The notes under the pieces: generated by a model | What the model was told of the DNA's origin: nothing | What the model saw: only the letters and a program-made list of their open reading frames with translations | Database searches by the model: none | Translations under genes and position numbers: made by a program | Assembly: GCA_026645815.1 (NCBI GenBank) | Contig: JAPKMR010000012.1 | Span: 26,728-90,727, forward strand | Reading direction: 5' to 3' | From: Anaerolineae bacterium | Lineage (GTDB): Bacteria > Chloroflexota > Anaerolineae > B4-G1 > SLSP01 | DNA length: 64,000 nucleotides | Part shown: piece after piece, positions 24,291-33,744 of the stretch | Layout of the letters: each line of letters begins with the position of its first letter | How positions within the stretch are numbered: position 1 is the first letter of the stretch

Positions 24291-26183
24291 TTACAAAGCG
24301 GTATCACCATCACGGAGGTGTGTTTCCATTTCCACAATGATCTGAGTCAAGTTTTCAATAGCAATACGTTGCTTGCGATAGTAATCAGATTCGCTCAAGG
24401 CAAGCCGCATGGCTACCTCGCGCACCTTCTGACCACGGATGAATTTCAGCTCCAGGATATTGTATAGCAGCCATTCCGGTGCTGTCAACTTGCGTTCGCC
24501 GTCGGGACGCAATTGCTCGAGCGCTTCGGTCAACACGGCACGTAAGCCCTTGATGGGGCTGCCGTCATGAACCGCAGCTGCGCGTTGAACCACTTTCAAA
24601 TTCAGCAAGGGATTTTCGGTCAGACGGGGACCACCCCAATAATGCGCTAAGGCGTCATGCACCCATTGCGGAAGATCCTCCGAAGCAGTGAGCGTGAAAT
24701 CGCGCGCCGAAGCGCCACCGTAACGCAACAATCCCTGCCGGCGCTGAATCTCACCCAGTTCGCCGAGAATTGGCGTCAGCGCACTGAAGACTGCCTGCTG
24801 TAAGCGACGATCATCCAGGGCAACCTGGGCCTGCAACAACAACTGATCAAAAAACTCGCGCCGCTCCGGATGCAGGGGCAGGGTCAGCCGCGGCTTAAGG
24901 ATACCCGCCAACCCCAGCATCTCCGCACCATTGCGATCATAGATAGGGACGAGCCAATAATCATTCCACAAAATGAAGCCGTCTTGGGATTGCGCTGCAG
25001 CACCCTCTGTCAGAGGAAAACCGGCGATTTCCTCCGCCACAATGTTGAAACCGCACCAAATCTCACGCTGCAAAGCCCCGTCTTCCAAAGCGGCGATGAA
25101 GCCGGCATTGCTCTGCACAAGCTCACACAATGCCGCGAGAATGTTTTCCAGGAATTGCCGCAAATCGGCGGTGGTCAGCACGCTCTGGCTGAGTTCTTGG
25201 GCGCGCGCAATCTCTGCGCGTCCCTCACGATAGAGAGCCAAATCCAGCAATGGCTTGCCCAGTTCCACACCCAGTTGCACCAAAATGATAGCAGCAGCGG
25301 TGGCAAGCAAGGCCAGGGTATATTGCCCCACCCCCAATGCACGCTCGATGGTACGGCCAAAGCCAAAAGCAATTAGTGCCAGCAATGCGGCTACAGGACC
25401 CCGCAGCAAAAAACGCACCAACCGGTGTTTGACTACCCGATCAGGGGTGAGCGCACCGATAAAGGCAACGGCGTAAGACATAAGCGCCAGCATAACACCC
25501 ACAGCAATGTTGCCCAGAATCAACATGATCCACAGCATCGCATCGGGCAACACCGCGGGCCAACCCATGATCAGCAAGTAAGGGAACACGCCCAGTGCCG
25601 GGGCAATGAAACCAATCGAAAGATAAGTCATCCGCCGGCGGGCAGCATGTGTATAACAACGGCTACGCGCCGCCAAGGTCTGCTGTAAACCCCAGGCTAG
25701 AGCTAGCACAAAGAGCAGCACAAAAGAATAGAACAAAGGTCCCGGTTGCAGAAATGCGGCACGACGCAATGCGGCGCCTTGACCCACGGTTCCATTATGC
25801 ACCACAAGGTCAGTTGTTACCGCCAACAGGGTAATGACGCCGCTCAGAACATAGCTTCCTATACGTAACCAGAGGGGGAAATGATCCTGTTGTACCACGC
25901 GGCGAATAGCGCGGGTGAACTCGAGATAGAGGGTAGGCGTGAATGCAATACCCAACCACTGCCAACGGAGTAGAGATTCAGTCAAATGCGGATTTTGAGC
26001 ATTCCCCATCAACAAGTCGGTGAGGTAAACATAGACCACACAAATTAACAGGCCCCCAAAGCTGCGTGCGACCCGGCTTTGCCGATTGTAAAAGAACAAA
26101 TACAGCTGTAGGGCAAAGGCGGTCGCGCCGATCCCTACGCTAAGAACGTTGTTCGCTCCAATGAGCAGCTCTAGCCAGTTCAT
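24291..26183 (-). CDS. polytopic membrane protein with cytoplasmic sensor-like region and C-terminal sigma-70 region-4-like HTH
   Basis: About 7-9 TM helices in the first 300 aa, resembling the histidine-kinase N-terminal 7TM domain. The middle region is GAF-like in length. C-terminus WLLYNILELKFIRGQKVREVAMRLALSESDYYRKQRIAIENL looks like a region-4/LuxR-type HTH. No kinase motifs. Confidence 0.55.
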   Translation of the reverse strand: MNWLELLIGANNVLSVGIGATAFALQLYLFFYNRQSRVARSFGGLLICVVYVYLTDLLMGNAQNPHLTESLLRWQWLGIAFTPTLYLEFTRAIRRVVQQDHFPLWLRIGSYVLSGVITLLAVTTDLVVHNGTVGQGAALRRAAFLQPGPLFYSFVLLFVLALAWGLQQTLAARSRCYTHAARRRMTYLSIGFIAPALGVFPYLLIMGWPAVLPDAMLWIMLILGNIAVGVMLALMSYAVAFIGALTPDRVVKHRLVRFLLRGPVAALLALIAFGFGRTIERALGVGQYTLALLATAAAIILVQLGVELGKPLLDLALYREGRAEIARAQELSQSVLTTADLRQFLENILAALCELVQSNAGFIAALEDGALQREIWCGFNIVAEEIAGFPLTEGAAAQSQDGFILWNDYWLVPIYDRNGAEMLGLAGILKPRLTLPLHPERREFFDQLLLQAQVALDDRRLQQAVFSALTPILGELGEIQRRQGLLRYGGASARDFTLTASEDLPQWVHDALAHYWGGPRLTENPLLNLKVVQRAAAVHDGSPIKGLRAVLTEALEQLRPDGERKLTAPEWLLYNILELKFIRGQKVREVAMRLALSESDYYRKQRIAIENLTQIIVEMETHLRDGDTAL

Positions 26184-26238
26184 AATAACGCTACCCCGGC
26201 ATCATCAAGCATCAGCCAGATCATGCCAGGCGAAATGC

Positions 26239-26766
26239 TCAGATGCGTTTGCGGAAAAATAGCCCCACTTCCTGTCCGGGCCAATATGCTTCCTGAAAAC
26301 CACACGCAACAAAGCGATGCTTCTGCGCAAAGGCAATCGCAGGCTGCGCTTTGAGGGTGCATTCCAGCACGATCTGCTCAACATTGCGCCGCAGACACCA
26401 AGCGATGGCGTGTTCCAGCAGCTTCTCGCCGATACCCTTCCGCCGGAATGCGGGAGCGACTACCAAATCGCCGATCCGCGCCTGCCGGTGCTCCGTTTCC
26501 ACAACGGTAGCCAGATAACCCACAATCTTATTACGCTCAACTGCGACCCAAAATGCATCACGACGTTGCCACGCCGCGAGGCGCTCCTCGGGGGTGTAGA
26601 AGGGCACAATGGTCTGCTTGCGGGGCAGACGAATCTCGCGGAATCGCATTCCCCATTCCTTCTCGCCGCGCAATTCTTCCACTTGCCAGGCAATTTCGGT
26701 TTCGTAGCCAGCGTCCAGTTCCAAACACGCCTTTAAGTCATCGTTACGGGCCGAACGAATGCGCAC
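26239..26766 (-). CDS. GNAT family N-acetyltransferase
   Basis: Acetyl-CoA motif A VVAPAFRRKGIGEKLLEHA. The GTG start at 26766 is preceded by GGGAGG, which removes the overlap seen in the longer tracked ORF. Confidence 0.8.
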   Translation of the reverse strand: MRIRSARNDDLKACLELDAGYETEIAWQVEELRGEKEWGMRFREIRLPRKQTIVPFYTPEERLAAWQRRDAFWVAVERNKIVGYLATVVETEHRQARIGDLVVAPAFRRKGIGEKLLEHAIAWCLRRNVEQIVLECTLKAQPAIAFAQKHRFVACGFQEAYWPGQEVGLFFRKRI

Positions 26767-26855
26767 GTGCTGCCTCCCTGATCCATAATTTGCGGCATGT
26801 TGCCCTATCCCATGGCAAAGCCGCGTAATATTCCAGCAGTAGGGTCCAGCCCATG

Positions 26856-27665
26856 TTATGGGCTGATGAACACGGGGATGATGCAATTGGTCGTATTCCC
26901 GTAGACATCCACTGCCACTAAACGGAAACGATGTGGCCCACCCACAGGATACTCTCCAGTAATCGTCCAGTATCCCAGGATGCCACTACTCACAGGGCGC
27001 TCGAATTGCGCGATGAAATTCGGTGAACTAGAACCCTGAAATTGAATCTCGAATTTGTAATAGGCAAACGAATTGAGCTGTGCCGTGCCCCATACCTCAA
27101 CCGTGCCCTTGACAGAACTACCCGCCACCGGCGCCGTAATCTGCACATCAGGCGAAGGGCAATTGGGCGGTTCCAACGGAGCAAGCGGTGTCACAGCCGG
27201 CGCAGGTGTCAGAGTAGGCGTCGCCGCCGGCGCGCCGGCGCCCGGCGGCGTTGCAGTTGCAGTGAGCTGCAAGCCAGGAGTACCAGAAACAACTGTGCCG
27301 GTCAAAACAGCGATTGGTGGGGTCGGTGTGGCTGTTGGCGCGCCGGCGCCCGGCGTTGCCGTTGCCGTAGGAATCGGTGTGATGCCCGCCAGCTGCTGAG
27401 GTGGCTCCGGTGGTGTCAACGCTTGCTCTGGGGCGCTTAACATGTGAATCGAGAAAACGAGCAAGCCCAGGGCAACAAACAGCCCAACCATCACCCAGGC
27501 GCGTGTCTGCTGTTGCTGCGTGATTTCGCGTTCCAGAGAAAATTGGGCTGCCTGAGCACGGCGACGAGCGGCCAATGCCATAAAGACATAGACCAGAGCG
27601 CCCAACCCACAAGCCACATAGAATAGCACGGCTTGCCGTGCTAGCCAATTCAGGATCGTTTCCAT
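26856..27665 (-). CDS. membrane-anchored hypothetical protein (TM helices + Pro/Thr/Ala linker + beta-rich C-terminal domain)
   Basis: Two N-terminal hydrophobic helices, a PTATATPGAGAPTATPTPP-type linker, and a C-terminal domain of about 110 aa. No named motif. Confidence 0.55.
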   Translation of the reverse strand: METILNWLARQAVLFYVACGLGALVYVFMALAARRRAQAAQFSLEREITQQQQTRAWVMVGLFVALGLLVFSIHMLSAPEQALTPPEPPQQLAGITPIPTATATPGAGAPTATPTPPIAVLTGTVVSGTPGLQLTATATPPGAGAPAATPTLTPAPAVTPLAPLEPPNCPSPDVQITAPVAGSSVKGTVEVWGTAQLNSFAYYKFEIQFQGSSSPNFIAQFERPVSSGILGYWTITGEYPVGGPHRFRLVAVDVYGNTTNCIIPVFISP

Positions 27666-27675
27666 AGGCGAGAAT

Positions 27676-28530
27676 TTACAGCGAACCGAGAGCTGGCGAG
27701 TTCAAAACCCCACGAATAATAGTCTCCAGGCGTGGCACCAAAATCCGACCTGCCTCCAGGACCTCCTCGTGATTCGGCGGAGGGCTGCCCTCCTCACCCA
27801 CGAGCCGATTAGAAATGCCCGAAAGACCCAGAACCTCCATGCCACAGTGCCGCGCAGTGATGACCTCTGGAACCGTGGACATGCCGACAGCGTCCGCGCC
27901 AATCAAACGCAGGAAGCGCACATCAGCGGGTGTTTCGAAAGCGGGTCCCGCCAGACAGATGTACACGCCCTGATGATGGGGGATTCCGGCGCGCAAAGCG
28001 ATCTCATGAGCAACGGCGCGCAAACGCGGCGCATAGGCATCATTCATACTTGGGAAACGCGGGCCAAATTCCTCTAGATTGGGTCCAAAGAGAGGGTTGT
28101 GCCCCGCCATACCCAGCAGATTGATGTGATCACGCAGAATCATCACATCGCCCGGCTGATAGGACAGGTGCAGACCACCGGCGGCATTGGTTACAATGAA
28201 AGTCTCTACGCCCAGCAGTCGCATCACGCGCACCGGCAAGCCGATTTGCGCCATGCTGTTGCCCTCGTAGAAGTGCCCTCTGCCCTGCATCGCAATGACA
28301 CTGCGCCCCTCCAGGGCTCCTATGACCAACCTGCCCACGTGCCCCTGGACATGTGCTGCCGGGAAATAGGGAACATCCCCAAAGGGAATCACCGTTGCGC
28401 CCTCAATAGACTCCGCTAACGCATTCAACCCCGAACCCAAAATCATCCCAACAGTGGGTCGAAGCCCACTGCGCTGTTGAATGACGTCCGCAGCTTGCCG
28501 ATAGGCGTCCATAGTGAAATACTCTGTCAT
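27676..28530 (-). CDS. punA: purine nucleoside phosphorylase (trimeric PNP/MTAP family)
   Basis: Matching segments: GMILGSGL, GHVGRLVIGALEGRSVIAMQGRGHFYEG, VTNAAGG, and VGMSTVPEVI. Confidence 0.9.
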   Translation of the reverse strand: MTEYFTMDAYRQAADVIQQRSGLRPTVGMILGSGLNALAESIEGATVIPFGDVPYFPAAHVQGHVGRLVIGALEGRSVIAMQGRGHFYEGNSMAQIGLPVRVMRLLGVETFIVTNAAGGLHLSYQPGDVMILRDHINLLGMAGHNPLFGPNLEEFGPRFPSMNDAYAPRLRAVAHEIALRAGIPHHQGVYICLAGPAFETPADVRFLRLIGADAVGMSTVPEVITARHCGMEVLGLSGISNRLVGEEGSPPPNHEEVLEAGRILVPRLETIIRGVLNSPALGSL

Positions 28531-29492
28531 TCTGTTTCCTCCTCCGTGTGATGGGCAGGCTCAACACCTGCCTCAAAAGCGCGCGGGTGAGCTTGATCAT
28601 AAGCCGCACGTTTACGCTGGCTCGATACTTCGGTATAAATTTGTGTGGTGGTGATACTGGCATGCCCCAGGAACTGCTGTACCTCACGTAAGTCGGCGCC
28701 GCCATCTAAGAGGTGGGTAGCAAAACTATGACGCAAAGTGTGCGGCGTCACACGATCTTCTAATCCAGAATCCTGAGCATACTGCCGAATAATGAACCAT
28801 AAGCCCTGCCGGGTAAGGGGACGCCCCACCCGGTTGAGAAACAAGGTGGTCTCATTGGCGTTGGTGAGCAGAAAAGATCGTGCATCTGAAAGATAACGGC
28901 TCAGAATCTGCTGTGCCCGCGGGTGCAAAGGAATCAGACGCTCTTTGTTACCCTTGCCCACACAACGAAGCATACCACCGGACAAGTCCACATCAGCGGT
29001 TCGCAAGGCGATGACTTCTGTGGCGCGCAAGCCAGCTGCGTAGAGCACTTCCAGGAGCGCACGATCGCGCAACTTAAGCGGCGTCTCCGCCCCAGAAGCC
29101 GCCTGCAATAGCTGTTCAACTTCATGCTCAGAAAGCGCATGAGGGAGACGGTGCCCCACCTTGGGTTGCGGCAGCCATGCAGTGAGCTCGCGCGTGAGCT
29201 CACCCTCAGAGTACAGGAAATGCAAGAATGAGCGCGCGGCAGCAACTTTGCGAGCCACCGTTGCGAGGCTATAAGAGAGTTCCTGTAAGCTCGCAACGAA
29301 ATGTTCAAGCAACTCTGGCGTCAGATCAGACCATGAGTGAAGGTCCTGTGCCTCCATGAAGCCAAGTAGTTGCTCTAAATCGCGGCGATAAGCCGCCAAC
29401 GTGTTGGCGGCATATCCCCGTTCATATTGCATATAGTTCAAGAAGCGATCGAGGCGTGTATGCATTGCTTTCCACAGAATCCTGTTTGCCAA
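28527..29492 (-). CDS. xerD: site-specific tyrosine recombinase XerD/XerC family
   Basis: SAM-like N-terminal domain (YERGYAANTLAAYRRDL). Catalytic residues in GLRATE, LRHSFATHLL and HASITTTQIYTEV. The XerC versus XerD assignment is not certain. Confidence 0.85.
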   Translation of the reverse strand: MANRILWKAMHTRLDRFLNYMQYERGYAANTLAAYRRDLEQLLGFMEAQDLHSWSDLTPELLEHFVASLQELSYSLATVARKVAAARSFLHFLYSEGELTRELTAWLPQPKVGHRLPHALSEHEVEQLLQAASGAETPLKLRDRALLEVLYAAGLRATEVIALRTADVDLSGGMLRCVGKGNKERLIPLHPRAQQILSRYLSDARSFLLTNANETTLFLNRVGRPLTRQGLWFIIRQYAQDSGLEDRVTPHTLRHSFATHLLDGGADLREVQQFLGHASITTTQIYTEVSSQRKRAAYDQAHPRAFEAGVEPAHHTEEETE

Positions 29493-29562
29493 AGGCAGAG
29501 GTTCGATAACCTAACGGAAATTATAACATAACAAAAAAGAAAACCAAATGCGCGCTCAGATA

Positions 29563-29723
29563 GGACGCGTTTCAAAACGGGGGTGAAAATCTCAGGCGCC
29601 ACTACAAGGCACAGGAGAAATTTGATTTTTGGCGGCGGGGTAAAGCCCCGCCGCCAAAAATCAATCAAAAAAGGCATTTGTATGATAGTCGTCTTGCTCG
29701 TGCCCTGAAGCTAAAACGCACCC
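29563..29723 (+). repeat. repeat family B, copy B2
   Basis: Termini gacgcgtttca ... aaaacgcaccc. The central hairpin tttttggcggcgggg-taaa-gccccgccgccaaaaa differs in sequence from B1/B3 but keeps the pairing. Confidence 0.8.
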
Positions 29724-29736
29724 TCGAGGTAGGGGG

Positions 29737-29985
29737 TATAGGACAAATCATTGGGAAGTTCAGAGGTCAGATTGGTGAGACCATGCGTTTAGACACTTTG
29801 ACGCGCCAAAGAGATGCAGAGAGTGGTTTTTTGTGATTTTCGTGGACGGGCCAAGCCTCACCACGAAAATCACGCTTGCAGAAAGAAGCGCCGAAGGGTG
29901 TGCTAAGCACCCCTACGGCGGTGCAGAGAGTTAATCGCTAATGCGAGTTGGTTGCAAGATGATGGTCTCATCTTTCTCCAATATT
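29737..29985 (+). repeat. repeat family A, copy A3 (full length)
   Basis: Begins 13 nt after B2. Hairpin gtgattttcgtgg/ccacgaaaatcac. The 3' portion aligns with A1 through caagatg...ttctccaata. Confidence 0.8.
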
Positions 29986-30060
29986 CTGTCGTATACCCCC
30001 AGGTAGGGCATTTGTAGCAGTTGGAGGGGTTTCGTGGTCTGCTGCAGCGTTCGAGTTGAC

Positions 30061-31197
30061 TCACGCTCGGTTTGCCAACTTCCACAGGGCATCACCAATA
30101 ACGATAGCCGAGGCAGGTCGCGCCAACGCGCGGGCAGCTGCCGACATTTCAGCGCGCAACCGAGGCTCGGCAAGCAATGTGGCTACCGTGGTCGCCGCAC
30201 GCTCCGGGTTTGGCGCCCAGAAGCCCGCGCCCTGATTCAGCAGCCACTTCACATTACCCGTTTCCTGTCCTGGAATAACGTGATACAGCACCATGGGCAA
30301 GCCCATGACCAGGGCTTCTGCGACTGTGTTGGGGCCTGCTTTGGTCAACAGCACATCAGCCGCACGCATCCACATATCCATGTTTTCAACAAATCCCTCA
30401 ATATGCGCAACTCGGATTTGTTCCGCCAACACCTGGCGAAGTCTGGCATTGTTTCCCGCAATGACCACCAGGCAGGCCTCAGGCAACCTCGCTGCGATAG
30501 CACGAATAACCTTGAAGAGTGGACCGCCGGCATCACCCCCACCTGCTACTAAAATCACAGGTCCTTCTGCCGGCAATCCCAACTGCACGCGCACATCAGC
30601 CGGGTCCAGCTGTGCGGTAGCAGCAAAGCGCGGGTGGATGGGCAATCCCGCACATTCCAGGCGCTCAGGAGAAATGCCCCAGGCAAGCGCGCGCGCCGCG
30701 GCCTGAGGTGTAGGCACGAAAATCTGCGTGCAATCAGGCGAGCACCATGCCGCATGGATGCTCACCAGGTCGAGGACCACGCTTACCAGTGGCGGCGGTT
30801 GAATGCGACGCCGCAACACGCTACCAAACGTGTGGGTAAAGAGGGGATGGAGGCTAACCACTACGTCAGCGGGATTTTCGAGCAGTAGCCGCCCAACAGC
30901 AGCGCCAGTCAAGGGCAACAGCGAGCGCGCAAGCATTTGCTGTAAAGCCGGGGAATTGGTCAGGCGATAAAAGGCGCCCCATGGCACACCCCCCAATCGC
31001 ACCATGAAAGGCCACCAACGCGGGAAACGATCCAAGGGCCAGAGGCGTAGCGCTTGCAGACCATCGCAAAGGATGACTTCAGCACGGCTCCCGTAACGAG
31101 AGTGCAGTGCATCGCGAATCGCCAATGCAGCTGCACGATGGCCCGCACCAGTAGTGGAATAAAGGAATAAGAAACGCCGGCGAGGCAGGAAGCTCAT
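30061..31197 (-). CDS. MGDG-synthase/UgtP-like glycosyltransferase (GT28 family)
   Basis: N-terminal GAGHRAAALAIRDAL motif typical of monogalactosyl/diglucosyl-diacylglycerol synthases. C-terminal GT-B nucleotide-sugar domain (LTKAGPNTVAEAL). Confidence 0.75.
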   Translation of the reverse strand: MSFLPRRRFLFLYSTTGAGHRAAALAIRDALHSRYGSRAEVILCDGLQALRLWPLDRFPRWWPFMVRLGGVPWGAFYRLTNSPALQQMLARSLLPLTGAAVGRLLLENPADVVVSLHPLFTHTFGSVLRRRIQPPPLVSVVLDLVSIHAAWCSPDCTQIFVPTPQAAARALAWGISPERLECAGLPIHPRFAATAQLDPADVRVQLGLPAEGPVILVAGGGDAGGPLFKVIRAIAARLPEACLVVIAGNNARLRQVLAEQIRVAHIEGFVENMDMWMRAADVLLTKAGPNTVAEALVMGLPMVLYHVIPGQETGNVKWLLNQGAGFWAPNPERAATTVATLLAEPRLRAEMSAAARALARPASAIVIGDALWKLANRA

Positions 31198-31203
31198 GCC
31201 GCC

Positions 31204-31413
31204 TCACGTCTCTGTAGCGGTGCCTCGCTCCAGGAACTGCTTGATACGGATCTCAAATTGACTGCGCGGGACGAGTATATAGCGCTGACAGGTCAGGCAC
31301 ACTGCGCCAATATCCGCGCCGATACGCTCAAGGCGCCACGTCACGCCACCACAGGGATGTGGCTTGCGAAGAACCACGATATCGCCAACCCGTAAATCCA
31401 TAGGAGGTCGCAT
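31204..31413 (-). CDS. DUF951 family small protein
   Basis: [16 protein letters not shown]...R.GADI...C..C matches my memory of the DUF951 pattern. Confidence 0.65.
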   Translation of the reverse strand: MRPPMDLRVGDIVVLRKPHPCGGVTWRLERIGADIGAVCLTCQRYILVPRSQFEIRIKQFLERGTATET

Positions 31414-31434
31414 TTCATCACTCCACCCGGAGTA

Positions 31435-32064
31435 TCATAGCCGGACAATACGGGGATGAACCCGACAGTGCTCACTTCGAATGATCGCCAGGATGGTATC
31501 TACTGCCTGGTCCAGGGCGCCTTCAGAGTTCACAACCACATAATCAAACGCTCCCAGGCAACCCAGTTCTTCCTGTGCCGTCTGGATGCGGCGTTGAATT
31601 TGCGCCTCAGTATCGGAAGCACGCGCCCGTAAACGCGCGACAAGCTCTTCTTCCGAAGCCGCACTCAGATAGATGAGCACCGCCTCGGGTAGCAGACACT
31701 TGACCGTAGCCGCGCCCTGCACATCCAAACGCATCACCACATCTTTGCCACTCGCCAACGCGTCGCGTACCTGCTGTTTGGGCACCCCCTTGTACTGTCC
31801 ATAGACGAGGGCGTGTTCCAATAGGGCATCCTCACGAATCATCGCCTCAAATTCCGCCTCGGAAACAAAAACATAATCAACTCCATGGATTTCCTGGGAG
31901 CGTGGCGGGCGCGATGTCGCAGTCACGACGAAATGAAAAGGGTAACCCCGCGCCTGTAATTCCTGCAATACGCTATCCTTGCCCACACCAGAAGGGCCCG
32001 AAATAACGATTACGATTGGGAAATGTTCCGGACGGTACGGATCACGTATGGGCTGTTCATCCAT
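31435..32064 (-). CDS. gmk: guanylate kinase
   Basis: P-loop [11 protein letters not shown], plus TTRPPR-like [20 protein letters not shown]. Confidence 0.9.
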   Translation of the reverse strand: MDEQPIRDPYRPEHFPIVIVISGPSGVGKDSVLQELQARGYPFHFVVTATSRPPRSQEIHGVDYVFVSEAEFEAMIREDALLEHALVYGQYKGVPKQQVRDALASGKDVVMRLDVQGAATVKCLLPEAVLIYLSAASEEELVARLRARASDTEAQIQRRIQTAQEELGCLGAFDYVVVNSEGALDQAVDTILAIIRSEHCRVHPRIVRL

Positions 32065-32173
32065 GCTTCATCCCTCAACGTTTCTGGTATAATACCGTAG
32101 ACAGCAGGTAACGTTTGACCCGCAAGATTGCGGTACTGGTAACTATACCACATTCAGCACAGGAGAGAAAGAG

Positions 32174-32587
32174 ATGCCAATCTATGAATATCGTTGTTCG
32201 CAATGCCGGCGGCGTTTCTCTATCTTCTGGCGCACCTATAGCGAGGCCGCGGAGGGAGACCCGACGTGTCGTTACTGTGGCGCAAGCAATCCTCAGCGGC
32301 TAATCTCTCGCGTGCGCGTGTTGCGCTCAGAAGAAAGCCGGATGGAGAGTATGGCAGACCCCAGCGCCCTGGGTGATTTCGACGAAAATGATCCCAAAAG
32401 CATCGGGCGCTTTATGCGCAAGATGATGGGCGAGATGGGGGATGAAGGGGGAGACCTCGGGCCAGAATTCGAGGAAGTTGTGGACCGCCTGGAAGCAGGG
32501 CAGGATCCGGAAGCCATTGAGCGTGAAGTACCCGGTTTAGCAGAAGGTTTGGGCGACACCGGTCCCGGCATGGAACCCGATTTGTAA
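32174..32587 (+). CDS. FmdB-family zinc-ribbon protein with acidic tail
   Basis: MPIYEYRCSQC....CRYCG is the CxxC_CxxC_SSSS signature. The C-terminal half is acidic and low-complexity. Confidence 0.75.
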   Translation: MPIYEYRCSQCRRRFSIFWRTYSEAAEGDPTCRYCGASNPQRLISRVRVLRSEESRMESMADPSALGDFDENDPKSIGRFMRKMMGEMGDEGGDLGPEFEEVVDRLEAGQDPEAIEREVPGLAEGLGDTGPGMEPDL

Positions 32588-32623
32588 GCCGTTCTCGCGC
32601 CAAACCCAGGTACGGATGCATCA

Positions 32624-33466
32624 ATGCTATGGAATATGGCAGAGGAGATCCTGATGATGAAGACACCCACAAGCCTTGAAGGACGATGGGCGCTGATTTT
32701 GGGCGCCTCCAGTGGTTTCGGGGCAGCTGCCGCCCGCGCGCTGGCATGCGCCGGCATGCATATCTTCGGCGTACATCTCGACTCCCGCAGCACACAAGCC
32801 CGCGCCGATGCCGTGCGGGCAGATATCGAAGCTGCCGGAAGGCAGGCGCTATTCTTTAATGGTAATGCCGCGGACAGCCAACGGCGCACGCAAATGGTGG
32901 ATGCCATCGCACAAACCTTGCTCACTCAAGAATATCCGGCAGTACACGTGATGTTACACTCGTTGGCTTTTGGCAGTTTGAAGCCCTTCATTGCCGAAGA
33001 CCCGCAAGCAGCGATCACAGAAGCGCAGATGGACATGACCCTGAGAGTCATGGCGCACAGTCTTGTCTACTGGACGCAGGACCTGTTGCGCGCGGGTGTG
33101 CTGAGCGCCGGCAGTCGCATCTTTGCGCTAAGCAGCGCAGGAGCGCAACGCGTGATCAAACCCTATGGTGCAGTCTCGGCGGCTAAGGCAGCCCTGGAAA
33201 GCCACATGCGCCAGCTGGCTCTGGAGCTGGCGCCTCTCGGCATCGCTGTGAATTGCCTTGTGCCGGGGGTAGCAGATACACCAGCCTCGCGAGCGATTCC
33301 TGGGGCGCCAGAGATGTTAGGGCAAGTAGCGGACCGTCATCCCGCAGGGCGTCTCACCACACCAGAGGACGTGGCTGCCGTCATCGTGGCTCTAGCCCAT
33401 CCCCGCATCACCTGGCTTTCCGGTGCGGTAATCCCTGTAGATGGTGCGGAAAGTATCGTTGGCTAG
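32624..33466 (+). CDS. SDR family oxidoreductase (enoyl-ACP-reductase-like)
   Basis: Rossmann motif LILGASSGFGAAAAR and catalytic YGAVSAAKAAL (YxxxK). The start is uncertain (32624, 32654 or 32657). Confidence 0.75.
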   Translation: MLWNMAEEILMMKTPTSLEGRWALILGASSGFGAAAARALACAGMHIFGVHLDSRSTQARADAVRADIEAAGRQALFFNGNAADSQRRTQMVDAIAQTLLTQEYPAVHVMLHSLAFGSLKPFIAEDPQAAITEAQMDMTLRVMAHSLVYWTQDLLRAGVLSAGSRIFALSSAGAQRVIKPYGAVSAAKAALESHMRQLALELAPLGIAVNCLVPGVADTPASRAIPGAPEMLGQVADRHPAGRLTTPEDVAAVIVALAHPRITWLSGAVIPVDGAESIVG

Positions 33467-33653
33467 GCGGCTATCCACAAATTGCTTCTTTGCAGGTTTT
33501 GTAGCCCAAAGGACAATTAAGTGTTTTGCCGCGGCATTCTGCACCGCCGCAAAAACAGCCCTCTGAATTGCAGTTTTAGCCCGAAACAGTGATCCAGACA
33601 CTTCTCATCATAGCAAGCGGGGAAAAGCCGAACAAATATGAATAGCCTCTGGT

Positions 33654-33681
33654 TTGACAATCTCCCTTGGTATGATAGAAT
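33654..33681 (+). promoter_or_regulatory. sigma-70-type promoter upstream of rpsA
   Basis: TTGACA, a 16-nt spacer, then TAGAAT. Confidence 0.6.
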
Positions 33682-33744
33682 ACAGCTCAGTTTGTGGAAA
33701 ATGCCGCCAATGGAAGTTAGCCCCCGGTGCGGTGTGAGGAGCTG

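Noticed and set aside
29495-29520. tRNA-like T-loop string (aggttcgataacct).
   Set aside because: No acceptor, D or anticodon arms can be folded from the flanks, and the 5' part would lie inside the xerD coding sequence. I found no other tRNA-like sequence in the intergenic regions.
29505-29545. Possible dif site next to xerD, because of the string ttataacataac (reverse TTATGTTATAA resembles the XerD arm TTATGTTAAAT).
   Set aside because: There is no matching XerC-side arm (xxxxxxxATAA) at the required 6-nt spacing, so the overall 28-bp imperfect palindrome is absent. The A/T-rich string is more simply promoter-region sequence.
33472-33479. DnaA-box-like TATCCACA just after the SDR gene.
   Set aside because: It is a single 8/9 match with no cluster of boxes, no AT-rich unwinding element and no dnaA/dnaN nearby. 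This is not an origin.
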